Assembly: GCA_965202725.1 (NCBI GenBank)
Contig: OZ241845.1
Coordinates: forward strand, 3,782,079-3,846,078
Reading direction: 5' to 3'
Length of the DNA stretch: 64,000 nucleotides
Source: Candidatus Poribacteria bacterium
Lineage (GTDB): Bacteria; Poribacteria; WGA-4E; WGA-3G
Position numbers and translations under genes: made by a program
In this document: positions 1 through 9,493 of the stretch, one piece after another
Layout of the letters: every line of letters starts with the position of its first letter
Numbering within the stretch: position 1 is the stretch's first letter
Notes under the pieces: model-generated
Told to the model about the DNA's origin: nothing
The model's input: the letters and a program-made list of their open reading frames with translations, nothing else
Database searches by the model: none

Positions 1-3000
1 GTGTATAGGTAGCGCGTCTGCGCAGCTTACCCAAGTCACATCAGAGAGCGGAATTACTGTTCAGTTCACCTTGTCGGAACTAAAGATTTCTAAGGTGGTT
101 CGGAACAGGATCCGCTATCAAGAGGTCGATTACCACGGCTGCCGCTTTACCGATGAACCCGGTAACCCCAAAGTTCCAGTCACACGGTTGATGTTAGGTA
201 TACCCGATTCAGTTGAAATCGAGGCAGTTGATGTTTCTGCCTCTCCCCCCGAAACGCGTACCGGTGTCCGCCTCGTGCCGGTTTCTGTTTTCGATGTCCA
301 AGAACGCAACTCGCAGCATGCAGCGACACAATACTGGGAGGAAAGCGGAAGTGCCTATCAATCAAGTAATGGAAACGCTCCATATCCGGGATTCCCACTT
401 GCCCATGTCGTCCGAGAAGGCTACATTCGCAGCCAACGTGTCATTGCATTGGCGTTGTATCCTGTGCAATATTTGCCGGGGCCCCGCCAATTGCGTCTAT
501 ATTCACACCTTACAGTGAACGTCCGTTTTAGTAGTGCTCGGTCATCGGTTATTAGTGGTCAGTTAAGAAGTGGGTCGATTAAACGAGAGACTCCTTTAAC
601 TGACAACCCACAACTGACAACCCACAACTATTTGGAATCAGAAGCCTTTGAACGTGCCCTGTCTCATCAACTTCTCAATGCTGAGCAGGCGCGTAATTTC
701 AGAGTGCCCCGTCCCTTAATGCCTGCAGCACCAGCACTCGTTCCTAATGAGACTTCCGATAGTGTTCGCTATAAATTATTCGTCGCGGAAACCGGTGTCT
801 ATGCTGTAACGGCAGGAGCACTACAGAACAACTGGGGCATAGAGCTCATTGGAGCAGATCCAACGCAACTTCGACTCACGCACGAGAATAGAAATATTCC
901 TATCTATATTAGCGGCGCAGGCGACGGACGTTTTGATCCAGAAGACGCTATCTTTTTCCTTGGCCATAAACCGAAAAACCGCTACAGTCGTTGGAACATC
1001 TATTGGCTGACGCTTGACAGTAGGCGCCGCATCTCTGCTCGGGTTCCACAGGTTACTGTCAGCCCCACAGACCCAACGGCGACCCAAGTTCCCACCTTCC
1101 GCTCTCGATTAACCTTTGAAGAGGATTACCTCACGAATAACCTCGAGTTTGTGTATACAAACACCGTTTCGCCCGGTAACAAACACGGGTGGTTTGAAGC
1201 ACTGGATTTCTGGTACTGGGATGGTATCAAAAATGGTAGCGATGTTGGCGAAATGCGCCTTGAGTTTCCACTCCATGATGTCGCAAAAAGTTTCGACCCA
1301 CTGCACATCTCCGTGGATCTGCAAGGCGGCACCCCGGTACCCCATGAAATTTTGGTCGCTATCAACGGGGTCCGAATAGAATTTGCAAAATGGGAACAGC
1401 AGGATACGTTCACTGTTCAACGGACTTTACGGGCATGGGATACACTCAAAGATAGTAGGAACGGCGAACAAAATGTCCTGTCCCTTGCCCGCGTTGATGA
1501 TAACGTTGATGAAGACACAACCCGATATCCCTATCATGTCTATCTCAACCGTTTTTCTGTTGAATACACACGTCTCTTCCGCACTGTTGCGGATGAATTG
1601 TGGTTCACGTCCCCTACGCCAGAGGCGACTTCACAGACGAAACCCACAGGTGGACGCAAACTTCAGTATGAAATTAAGGCGTTTGACGACCCGGGGGTAC
1701 ATATCTTTGAGACAGACGGTGATGTGCTCACCGCTCGAATGCAAGGGGTTAGCGTGGAAACGGACATAGAAAACCCTAATTCATATAAGGCTCTTTTTCA
1801 AATGCTGGACACCCGAAGCGCCGAGTTTATCGCTGTTTCCGATACCGCGTTACGTCAGCCAGAACGTATTGAAATTATTGCCCCAACAGACTTAGCCACT
1901 GCAAATCACGGTGCCGATTATTTAGTCGTGACACATTCAAAATTCCTAGCTGCAGCGGAAAGGTTAGCGTCGTGGCGCGCAACACCTGGCGGTGGCGGAT
2001 ATCGTACGAGGGTCGTTACGACTGACGAAATATACAACACCTTCAACAACGGCGCGGTTAGTCCTAAGGCAATCAAGGCATTTTTGACCCACGCTTATCA
2101 ATCTTGGGCACCGCCAGCCCTGTCTTATGTTGTCCTTTTCGGGGATGGAACGTTTGATTTTCGCGGCGTTGATACAGAAATCCACCCCGCCCCCCCCGAA
2201 CTTGATGGCTACATTCCGACGCACTATCTTCGAACGGATTCATTTGGTCGAACTGCTGCTGATCACTGGTACGCGACCGTTTCAGGACACGACGAGTTCG
2301 CAGATTTCTACATTGGGAGGCTCAGCGTTGAAACTGTTAGGCAATCGGAGAATGTTGTTGATAAAATCTTGGCTTATGAACAGCGTCCACCCAGTGGAGA
2401 CTGGCGTAGAAAGATTATCTCCGTCGCTGACGATGAAGTGAGTAACTCCGGAGATTTTATTTTTAAAAAGAGTCTCAACGAAATTGCAAAGGATCACACC
2501 CGTTTAGGTTATGAAACCATTGAGGTCTTTCTTGAGGATGTTATTGATGAAGTTGAGGCACGGCCGGCAGATTCTTCAAACATCTTGCCCCGCTACATCG
2601 CAAGAGACAGGATTATCAAGGCGCTCGGAGAAGGGGCAGTCTTGGCGCAATACGCCGGGCATGGTGGTAGGACTGTCTGGACACACGAATCAATATTTGA
2701 CAACGCAGATGTTGATGAGGTCGAGGAGACGGCAAAGATCCCTTTCATGTTGGTGCTCAGTTGTTATAATGGCTATTTTGATAAACCGGGTGAACCCAGC
2801 ATGGCGGAAAAGTTATTACGAAAAGAGAGAGGCGGTATCATTGGTATGCTAAGTGCCACTCGCCTCACCTATGGAAGCGGCAATGATGCCCTCAATCGGA
2901 TTATCTTTGACATGCTTTTTAAACGGAACGTCCGACAACTCGGCCCCTTGAGCTTTGATTCAAAAGTCGAACTTTTGATGACAGAGGGTACCGGACAAAT

Positions 3001-6000
3001 TGATGTCATGATGGAGTATACACTTTTCGGAGACCCGGCTTTACAGCTTGCTATTGCTGATGGTGAGATTCTACCTAATGTTGAGACGAAAACGGTTGCG
3101 CCGGGGGGCACACTCAGCGTCGCTCCCGGATACGTTCAGACTGCCACCTACGACGCATTGGAACAGGGCAAGCGCTTTGCAAGAAATACCGCTTTTAATG
3201 GCACACTTACCGTAAAGGCGTTGTTCCCTGGAAAAACAGTCATCGCGCAAGGCATCTCAGGACCCGTTAATTACTATACCGGCGATGTAATTTTGACAAA
3301 AAGCCTCAGTGTTAGCAATGGTGCCTATCCAGCGGTAACTTTCACTGTTCCACAAAACATTTCAAGCGGGGACGCACACGTTGAGTACTACGCGCAGAGC
3401 CCCACAACAATTGCTGTTGGTGGTGATGGATTTACTGTTAATATTCCGAAAATCCTCGATGTCCAAACCGAGTTGGTCGGCGAAGACAAATTCAATATCT
3501 CTGTTCAGGTTTCGGATGAAAAAGAAGCGTTGACCTCGGTCATCTTGAGCTGGCGGAACCCTATGACCCGACAGTGGGAGTCTGTAGCACTCGCCCCAGC
3601 ACCAACACCCTTATCAGCAGAAGGATGGTGGACAGTTCCTGAACTCCTTGATGCGCCAGTAGATGGTTCTGTTATCCGATACGATATTCAAGTCACAGAC
3701 GTAGAGGGTAATATGGTTGAAAGTCAGGCGTTCCGGTACTATCCCTATGTACACCCGAATCTTTCTGTTGTAGAGGTAGCTAGAACCGCTGTTATTAGAT
3801 ACGGCTACAACACTGAAGCGCAGCAGTGGACCCTCTCAGCAGACGTTCAGGTAGAGGGGGATGAGATCGCAACGCCTGTTGAAGTCGCTTTCTTTTACGG
3901 CAATCCTGATCTTGACGACGATATGATTATTGATGATGGTGCCAATCTCCTTGGAACTGCTCGTATTCAACCCGGTGAGTGGATGCAACGTACGCCGTTA
4001 GCGAATTCTGCAAGTCCGCGTGCAGAAAAAGATGTTTATGAACCTGATCCGTTGAATACATTGCCCATCGCGACCGCTACCCTGCCACTAACAGCGGGCT
4101 TTCCATTTACCGATGGACAGCAGGAAATTGCTGATAGGCACGGGCTACCTTTCGGTATACACGATATATTTGTCTACGTGGACCCAAACTTTGGCGAAGC
4201 GGATCAATCCGGCAAAGTTCTTGAAAACGAGGAAGACGATAACATTACCTACCGACAAATCTCTGTTGACATGGGTGTAATAGGCGGTGCCTCTTCAAAT
4301 CAGATCACCAGTTTGGATCGAAACTGTGTTGTCACTGCGCCACCGGGTGTCCTTCAAAACCCAACTGTGCTTAGGATCGCTGCGCTCCCAGTAGTCAGCA
4401 GGCAGCCGTTAGCTAACAGCCCTTCCGCCAAGCCTGCGCCACTACCCGGTAACGCTTACGGCTACGAATTGGCAATCGGCAATCAGCACTTAGCCGTAGA
4501 TGAAGACAGTTTTAATGCCACAAGCGAGTTACCGACAACCGACAACCAACAACCGACAACCTTTTCTCTGGCTTCTCCTGTAGCAATTGATTTCAGTTTC
4601 GATCTCGGCTCACTCAGTAGACAGCTCGCTAAAGAATTGTTAGGAAGTGCGGAGGAGGTAACTGACGTATCGGATACAGCCGCCACGATTGGTGCTGCAG
4701 TGGAGTCCCGCGCACGTGAGATAGGTATTTATCAGTGGAGTCCAACGCTCGACAACTGGATCCGGCTCCCCTCTCAATTATTGACTGACGCTGCGGGGGC
4801 GCTGCAGCGACGGATACACGTAACCGACATAGGTGCAGAGAACGTTGGTGAAGGTGAACTTCGGAACGTCCGCATCCATCCAGACGGCGCACCAACTGGA
4901 AAATATGTCATGCTTTTCACAGGGCCGCAAACCTATCGATTACTCCGCGCACCCTTCGCAGAAGAAGCCCAAACGTTAGAAGAATTGGAAATTGTTGCAC
5001 CCAGGGAGCAACTCGCAGGTTTTAGTACAGACTTCCCTAACTTTAGACACGGGTTTGATGTTAACGTGGAAATTGATCCCGAAGAGCCTTTCAGGTTCGG
5101 CGATGTTTGGACATTCAATATTACTGCGCTCGAACAATCTTTTGATACTGACACAGATGCCTCTCCACAAGACGATCTGCGTTGGTATGCATCGGGATTC
5201 GGAGATGTCAACCGAGGCACCGGAATCGTTAGTTCCATTGAACTCCCCCCGGATACCGCTATGCCAGAGGATCGGTGGATTATCCTTTTCCTCACTGACA
5301 CAGAGTTCCAAATTGAAGGAGAAAAAACTGGTATCTTACGGTCTCAATCCGGTGGAAATGCCCTACTCCGCGGGACAGTCGGGCAACCATTTTTCTACGC
5401 GCCTTACGGGCTACGTTTCCAGATTGCGCAAAGCACGCGTTCTTTCAAACCGGGGGACAGGTTTCGGTTTGAAACCCGACCTGTAGGGACCATTAGAGCC
5501 ACAACGGATCGGATCGGATCGGTCACACTTTTACACACTGACGACGCTGCGCCACCGGACATACAGTTGACTATTGGGAATCAGCAACATTTTGTCCCGG
5601 GCGATGCGACAGACGCTGAACCTCTCATCGGAGCAACGCTAACGGATCCAAGTGGAATCGACTATTTCACCCGGTCATTTTTGTTAGAGCTCGGCAGTGG
5701 GCTCTCTTATGAGCCGATTAGCCCCGAAGCCTATCAGCTAACCCACCATCCCGGCTCGAATCAGCTTGTTTTAACATATTTATCGCCTGAGCTCGAACCG
5801 CGGGAATATGAGATCCGACTCACAGCCAGCGATGTACACGGAAACACCGGCACAGAAAGCATCACATTCCGAGTTCACGATACTTTGCAGTTGCTATCGT
5901 TTCTGAACTATCCGAATCCGTTCCCACGTAAAACGACGCTCACGTGTGAACTAACAGCACCTGCTGACTCGCTCGTTGTGAAAATCTATACACTGAGCGG

Positions 6001-6178
6001 ACGACTGATCCGTGAACTTTCGATGCCGGCGACACCTGGGTTCCTCATGGTAGAATGGGACGGTCGGGATGCTGATGATATTGAAGTAGCGAACGGCGTT
6101 TACTACGCAAAACTCCAAATCAAGCGAGACGGTGAAAAAGACATTACCGAAATACTTAAAATGATGAAACTTCGTTGA
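1..6178 (+). CDS. Giant secreted C25-family (gingipain-like) cysteine peptidase with T9SS-type / FlgD-Ig-like C-terminal sorting domain; 5' end probably lies outside the window
   Basis: The ORF track gives 71..6178 (TTG start), but the same frame is open back to nt 2, so the gene is likely truncated by the window edge. Motifs YAGHGGRTVW (His) and FMLVLSCYNGYFD (Cys) are typical of peptidase C25. The last ~85 aa (LNYPNPFPRKTTLTCEL..VKIYTLSGRLIREL..VEWDGRD..NGVYYAKLQI) fit the Por-secretion-tail / FlgD Ig-like pattern. Confidence 0.8.
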   Translation, partial: CIGSASAQLTQVTSESGITVQFTLSELKISKVVRNRIRYQEVDYHGCRFTDEPGNPKVPVTRLMLGIPDSVEIEAVDVSASPPETRTGVRLVPVSVFDVQERNSQHAATQYWEESGSAYQSSNGNAPYPGFPLAHVVREGYIRSQRVIALALYPVQYLPGPRQLRLYSHLTVNVRFSSARSSVISGQLRSGSIKRETPLTDNPQLTTHNYLESEAFERALSHQLLNAEQARNFRVPRPLMPAAPALVPNETSDSVRYKLFVAETGVYAVTAGALQNNWGIELIGADPTQLRLTHENRNIPIYISGAGDGRFDPEDAIFFLGHKPKNRYSRWNIYWLTLDSRRRISARVPQVTVSPTDPTATQVPTFRSRLTFEEDYLTNNLEFVYTNTVSPGNKHGWFEALDFWYWDGIKNGSDVGEMRLEFPLHDVAKSFDPLHISVDLQGGTPVPHEILVAINGVRIEFAKWEQQDTFTVQRTLRAWDTLKDSRNGEQNVLSLARVDDNVDEDTTRYPYHVYLNRFSVEYTRLFRTVADELWFTSPTPEATSQTKPTGGRKLQYEIKAFDDPGVHIFETDGDVLTARMQGVSVETDIENPNSYKALFQMLDTRSAEFIAVSDTALRQPERIEIIAPTDLATANHGADYLVVTHSKFLAAAERLASWRATPGGGGYRTRVVTTDEIYNTFNNGAVSPKAIKAFLTHAYQSWAPPALSYVVLFGDGTFDFRGVDTEIHPAPPELDGYIPTHYLRTDSFGRTAADHWYATVSGHDEFADFYIGRLSVETVRQSENVVDKILAYEQRPPSGDWRRKIISVADDEVSNSGDFIFKKSLNEIAKDHTRLGYETIEVFLEDVIDEVEARPADSSNILPRYIARDRIIKALGEGAVLAQYAGHGGRTVWTHESIFDNADVDEVEETAKIPFMLVLSCYNGYFDKPGEPSMAEKLLRKERGGIIGMLSATRLTYGSGNDALNRIIFDMLFKRNVRQLGPLSFDSKVELLMTEGTGQIDVMMEYTLFGDPALQLAIADGEILPNVETKTVAPGGTLSVAPGYVQTATYDALEQGKRFARNTAFNGTLTVKALFPGKTVIAQGISGPVNYYTGDVILTKSLSVSNGAYPAVTFTVPQNISSGDAHVEYYAQSPTTIAVGGDGFTVNIPKILDVQTELVGEDKFNISVQVSDEKEALTSVILSWRNPMTRQWESVALAPAPTPLSAEGWWTVPELLDAPVDGSVIRYDIQVTDVEGNMVESQAFRYYPYVHPNLSVVEVARTAVIRYGYNTEAQQWTLSADVQVEGDEIATPVEVAFFYGNPDLDDDMIIDDGANLLGTARIQPGEWMQRTPLANSASPRAEKDVYEPDPLNTLPIATATLPLTAGFPFTDGQQEIADRHGLPFGIHDIFVYVDPNFGEADQSGKVLENEEDDNITYRQISVDMGVIGGASSNQITSLDRNCVVTAPPGVLQNPTVLRIAALPVVSRQPLANSPSAKPAPLPGNAYGYELAIGNQHLAVDEDSFNATSELPTTDNQQPTTFSLASPVAIDFSFDLGSLSRQLAKELLGSAEEVTDVSDTAATIGAAVESRAREIGIYQWSPTLDNWIRLPSQLLTDAAGALQRRIHVTDIGAENVGEGELRNVRIHPDGAPTGKYVMLFTGPQTYRLLRAPFAEEAQTLEELEIVAPREQLAGFSTDFPNFRHGFDVNVEIDPEEPFRFGDVWTFNITALEQSFDTDTDASPQDDLRWYASGFGDVNRGTGIVSSIELPPDTAMPEDRWIILFLTDTEFQIEGEKTGILRSQSGGNALLRGTVGQPFFYAPYGLRFQIAQSTRSFKPGDRFRFETRPVGTIRATTDRIGSVTLLHTDDAAPPDIQLTIGNQQHFVPGDATDAEPLIGATLTDPSGIDYFTRSFLLELGSGLSYEPISPEAYQLTHHPGSNQLVLTYLSPELEPREYEIRLTASDVHGNTGTESITFRVHDTLQLLSFLNYPNPFPRKTTLTCELTAPADSLVVKIYTLSGRLIRELSMPATPGFLMVEWDGRDADDIEVANGVYYAKLQIKRDGEKDITEILKMMKLR

Positions 6179-6190
6179 GGATAGTTTTTA

Positions 6191-6302
6191 GTTATAAGTT
6201 GCAAGTAAGTTAAGAGGGATTTGGTAACAACCCATCCTTGTCTGGAGTAATCCAACGCAGCGTAAATTGTTGCTGGAAAGTCCCTTGCTAAAAACTTATA
6301 AC
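6191..6302. repeat. Imperfect inverted repeat in the peptidase-PorV intergenic region
   Basis: gttataagttgcaag (6191-6205) is complementary to cttgc (6284-6288) plus aacttataac (6293-6302), with a 4-nt bulge. An alternative pairing is agtttttag (6183-6191) with ctaaaaact (6288-6296). The loop is ~78 nt. Confidence 0.4.
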
Positions 6303-6321
6303 CGACTACCAATAACGCTCT

Positions 6322-7341
6322 ATGAAACATCAGAAAAAAAATATTTTTTTCTTTATTGCGTCTATAGTTACGTGCTGTATTGGACTTTTATCCGCAGACG
6401 CGAAATACACGGCTGATTTCTTGACGCTTGGTGTTGGTGCCCGCGTTCTTGGAATGGGAGGGGCAGGCACCGCGCTGAGCGCTGACGCTTACGCGCCTTA
6501 CTGGAATTCTGCTGCATTGGGGCAACTGACCCGATACGAGGTCAGTTTTATGCATTCCACACTCAACGGGGAAGATGCTTATGATTTTGTTGGCTACATA
6601 CACCCTCTTAAAAAGCGAGGCGCACTCGGTGTGAGTTGGCTGCGTGTCGGTGTTGACGACATTCCAATCACGGGGTTGCCAGTTGCCAGCCGTCCCATCG
6701 GGGCGACGAACCGCCCTGAAGTTATAGGCACTTTCAACAATACGGATAACGTTTTCCTGTTTGCATCGGGGTGGAGGCTGCCGTCTCTCTACGGTATGGA
6801 TCTTCGGGCGGGTGGCACGCTTAAACTGATCTACATGGGTGGATACCGCAGCACAAACGCGATTGGTGGTGGGGCGGACATCGGTTTTATTGCAATGACA
6901 AATCCAGAAAAATCGCATCACCTAACACTCGGGTTACAAGTGAGCGATGCGTTTCAGACGAAGCTGTATTGGAACACGCCACCACCGTCGGCAGCTCTCA
7001 CATCTCACACTGAAACGATCCCTCCACATCTCAAAATCGGCATCGCAACGACGCATAAACTTAATATTTTCCGAAGTGCGCTGATTCTTGCGTTAGATAC
7101 CCATATCAAAGACAGCGTTGAACTGCACGCCGGTGCGGAATGGACGCTCTTCGACTTGCTCGCCTTACGGATTGGGCTTGCGGAACGGAGCGGAAGTCTT
7201 GCGCGTGTGCGGCAGTTGACAGCGGGTGCCGGGTTGAACCTCCGATTCGTCACGGGTGCGGGTGCGGACTTAGACTATGCGTTCGCGAACCATCCGGCAT
7301 TAGGCAGCAGCCATCGTATGTCTCTTCGGATTAGGTTTTAG
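6322..7341 (+). CDS. PorV/PorQ-family outer-membrane beta-barrel protein (T9SS-associated)
   Basis: It has a signal peptide and the N-terminal motif FLTLGVGARVLGMGGAGTALSADAYAPYWNSAALG, characteristic of PorV/PorQ (UPF0164-like) proteins. The C-terminus ends in F after alternating beta-strand-like sequence. It lies directly downstream of a CTD-bearing peptidase. Confidence 0.65.
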   Translation: MKHQKKNIFFFIASIVTCCIGLLSADAKYTADFLTLGVGARVLGMGGAGTALSADAYAPYWNSAALGQLTRYEVSFMHSTLNGEDAYDFVGYIHPLKKRGALGVSWLRVGVDDIPITGLPVASRPIGATNRPEVIGTFNNTDNVFLFASGWRLPSLYGMDLRAGGTLKLIYMGGYRSTNAIGGGADIGFIAMTNPEKSHHLTLGLQVSDAFQTKLYWNTPPPSAALTSHTETIPPHLKIGIATTHKLNIFRSALILALDTHIKDSVELHAGAEWTLFDLLALRIGLAERSGSLARVRQLTAGAGLNLRFVTGAGADLDYAFANHPALGSSHRMSLRIRF

Positions 7342-7381
7342 GGGGCAACCGGCAAAGTTCAATGTGATAAAATTAAAAAGC

Positions 7382-7410
7382 TTGACAATTTTTGAGGAAT
7401 GCCTTATAAC
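7382..7410 (+). promoter_or_regulatory. sigma70-type promoter candidate (TTGACA-N17-TATAAC)
   Basis: TTGACA at 7382-7387, an exact 17-nt spacer, and TATAAC at 7405-7410. It sits ~67 nt upstream of the ATG at 7477. Confidence 0.4.
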
Positions 7411-7476
7411 TTTGCCATCGCCTGAAAAAAGACTTGACGTGTTAATCGACGTGTCTTTCCTGACCGGAGAATTCTC

Positions 7477-7830
7477 ATGAAACATAGCAAACGCTGGATA
7501 GGGCTTATTCTCTTCGGAGTCTTCGGTCTCCTGTCTATGTTTCTCTTGCGCAGGCAGCCAGAGATACCCACAGAGAGCGCCCCCGGACGGAAACAGATCG
7601 CACAAGCACCTTTCACCGTCACAAAGACACACGGCACCACAACAAAAGAGAATGCCTCGACGGACCCACACGAGAAGTGGGTCGACGAACAAGTCGAGAC
7701 CGCGTTCGACATACTTATGAAAGAAAGCTTCCGAAAATATCCGAGTGATCAACCCATGAGTGCATCAACGATCGACATGATGCGCAACGATCTGCGAGCT
7801 CTTTTCGTGCAGAGATCCAAAAATCCTTGA
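7477..7830 (+). CDS. Hypothetical membrane-anchored protein
   Basis: ATG start with GGAGA 8 nt upstream. N-terminal TM/signal segment WIGLILFGVFGLLSMFLL. I recognised no family. Confidence 0.55.
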   Translation: MKHSKRWIGLILFGVFGLLSMFLLRRQPEIPTESAPGRKQIAQAPFTVTKTHGTTTKENASTDPHEKWVDEQVETAFDILMKESFRKYPSDQPMSASTIDMMRNDLRALFVQRSKNP

Positions 7831-7843
7831 ACGCAAACTCTGG

Positions 7844-8398
7844 ATGCACGAAAAAGAACGCGCTGCGATGAAAGCTGACACAGACGTGACAGGCTTACTT
7901 TTCGTGGGTGAAACTGGGGAGATTTTTCATCCGACCCAAGCCAACCGGCTCTACGTTGAAAAAAAAGACTTGGGGGCCACCTTCTATGGTGGAATTCTCA
8001 CAGAGACGCAACAATTTGAACTTCTCTTTAAGGGCGTTCCTCCCGAGCACTATGGCATCGCCTATCTCGGCCCTGATGGACATATTCTATCGGAACCTCC
8101 CCCGTTGATTACACGTCAAGAGATGCTGGACGTGTTTGAGTCGGTGTCTGCTGAAGACTGGCGGGATGCCGGTGCCGATACACCCGAGCCGCCTGATTTT
8201 TGTGACAGGTTCACGGAGAACATACCAATAGTGGACACGCGGCACGTACCGAAACCGCCACTGACAAAGGTCCCCGACCTGCAAACAAGGTTCAAACAGG
8301 CTCAGTTCAAACAGGCTCAGCAAGAAACTGAAAACGTGAGAGACCTCCTCATACAAAGCGATGCGGAGGCAGAGATAGAAGCAACCCTCTCAAAATAG
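7844..8398 (+). CDS. Hypothetical protein; an in-frame TAG is followed by 41 more protein-like codons (to 8524)
   Basis: 184-aa ORF with no recognisable family. It contains the tandem FKQAQ FKQAQ, encoded by a 15-nt repeat at about 8290-8319. The frame continues past the TAG at 8396-8398 as LTPELLSDADFENFLRQQFSPERFNRVLQTVNQYGPKEGLG and ends at a TAA at 8522-8524. Confidence 0.5.
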   Translation: MHEKERAAMKADTDVTGLLFVGETGEIFHPTQANRLYVEKKDLGATFYGGILTETQQFELLFKGVPPEHYGIAYLGPDGHILSEPPPLITRQEMLDVFESVSAEDWRDAGADTPEPPDFCDRFTENIPIVDTRHVPKPPLTKVPDLQTRFKQAQFKQAQQETENVRDLLIQSDAEAEIEATLSK

Positions 8399-8676
8399 CT
8401 GACCCCGGAACTTCTATCGGATGCGGATTTTGAAAACTTTCTCCGTCAGCAGTTTTCCCCGGAACGTTTCAATCGTGTTCTGCAAACCGTCAACCAATAC
8501 GGTCCCAAGGAAGGTTTGGGTTAATAAAAAAGTCGTCTCTTTTGCCTCCGCGTTGGCAACTTCTGCCCCTCTGCATCCCTTGCTTGTGACTTCTAAAACG
8601 CGCACGTTGTTCCCACAACGTTGCCAATGGCACAAGAACCGGCTGTGTCTTGACTGCCTATCAATCAACATCTCTC

Positions 8677-9411
8677 CTACAGACCCCTCAAGACAATGAC
8701 GTGAAATGATCCGATCGCTGCTCCACTCACTCCCGAGATGGTGTTGGTTGCTGAGAGGATGAGGGGGGTTGCTACATCTATTAGGCTTCTTGTGTTGTCA
8801 TGTATCTCTGGGGTGGTGATGGTGAGGATCCCCTGGTCACTGAGGGATACCTGTATTCCTGCTGGTATGGTTGGTACCTGAACGATTGCGAGGGTGATGG
8901 GTTGTATTCCGGTGATCCTGAGTCGTTTGGTTTGATCATGGAGGTTGTAGTGGTAGGTAGATCCCTCTGCGAGTGTGAGGGTTGTGGTTCCCCAGACTGG
9001 TATTCCCGCACACCTGAGTCCTTCCGTGGTGATGGTTGCGAAGGTGTAGGGGGGACAGCAGCCTCCTGGGGGACACTTACTACAGGGTTTCTGTCCTACA
9101 TCATCTCCACACACCGTATTCTGGGTTCGGTTTACGTGCACACAGGTGAGTCCGTCTGGGGTGATTTTGATAAATTCTTGTGCTCTGCAGCAGTTTAGCC
9201 CTTCCTCACAGACTGGTGCGGTGGTGTCTGATGCTGAGGTGCAGACGAGGCCGTTTTGGTTGATTTGTGCATACTCTCCTGCACTACAGGGTCTAATGAT
9301 GTCGAGGGGGCTTTGTCTGGGGGGGGGAGAAGCTTGAGCACTGGTGAGGCTCAGGAGGGTGATGAGGAGGAGGATACTACCGATACTGATTGTTCTGAGA
9401 GAGAGCTGCAT
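8677..9411 (-). CDS. Secreted cysteine-rich protein with three C-x14-C modules and a C-terminal Ig-like region
   Basis: Signal peptide (ILLLITLLSLTSAQA). Three 16-residue modules are present: CSAGEYAQINQNGLVC, CRAQEFIKITPDGLTC and CPPYTFATITTEGLRC. The C-terminal part resembles putative Ig / He_PIG-type domains. Confidence 0.6.
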   Translation of the reverse strand: MQLSLRTISIGSILLLITLLSLTSAQASPPPRQSPLDIIRPCSAGEYAQINQNGLVCTSASDTTAPVCEEGLNCCRAQEFIKITPDGLTCVHVNRTQNTVCGDDVGQKPCSKCPPGGCCPPYTFATITTEGLRCAGIPVWGTTTLTLAEGSTYHYNLHDQTKRLRITGIQPITLAIVQVPTIPAGIQVSLSDQGILTITTPEIHDNTRSLIDVATPLILSATNTISGVSGAAIGSFHVIVLRGL

Positions 9412-9493
9412 ATGTACAGGTGTAGTGTACCGGAGGAATGGTTCTTCTTCGTATGCTGCTCGTGGATATCTTTTTTTTTTGATATATGTGAAG

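Noticed and set aside
598-630. Short tandem repeats rich in GACAAC. aactgacaacccac occurs x2.4 at 598-630, ccgacaacc-type repeats occur at about 4537-4560 inside the peptidase gene, and aactgaca occurs x2 at about 25938-25955. I considered these as contingency loci or CRISPR-like repeats.
   Set aside because: There are only two to three copies of each. The intragenic ones are translated in frame as part of a long ORF, and there is no spacer-repeat architecture. I saw no evidence for phase variation.
8421-8699. ORFs 8421..8699 (plus) and 8414..8671 (minus) in the gap after the 7844 gene.
   Set aside because: Their translations look like non-coding sequence (Ser/Arg/Cys-rich with no start context). 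The only protein-like reading of this region is the in-frame continuation of the 7844 ORF, reported as a finding.
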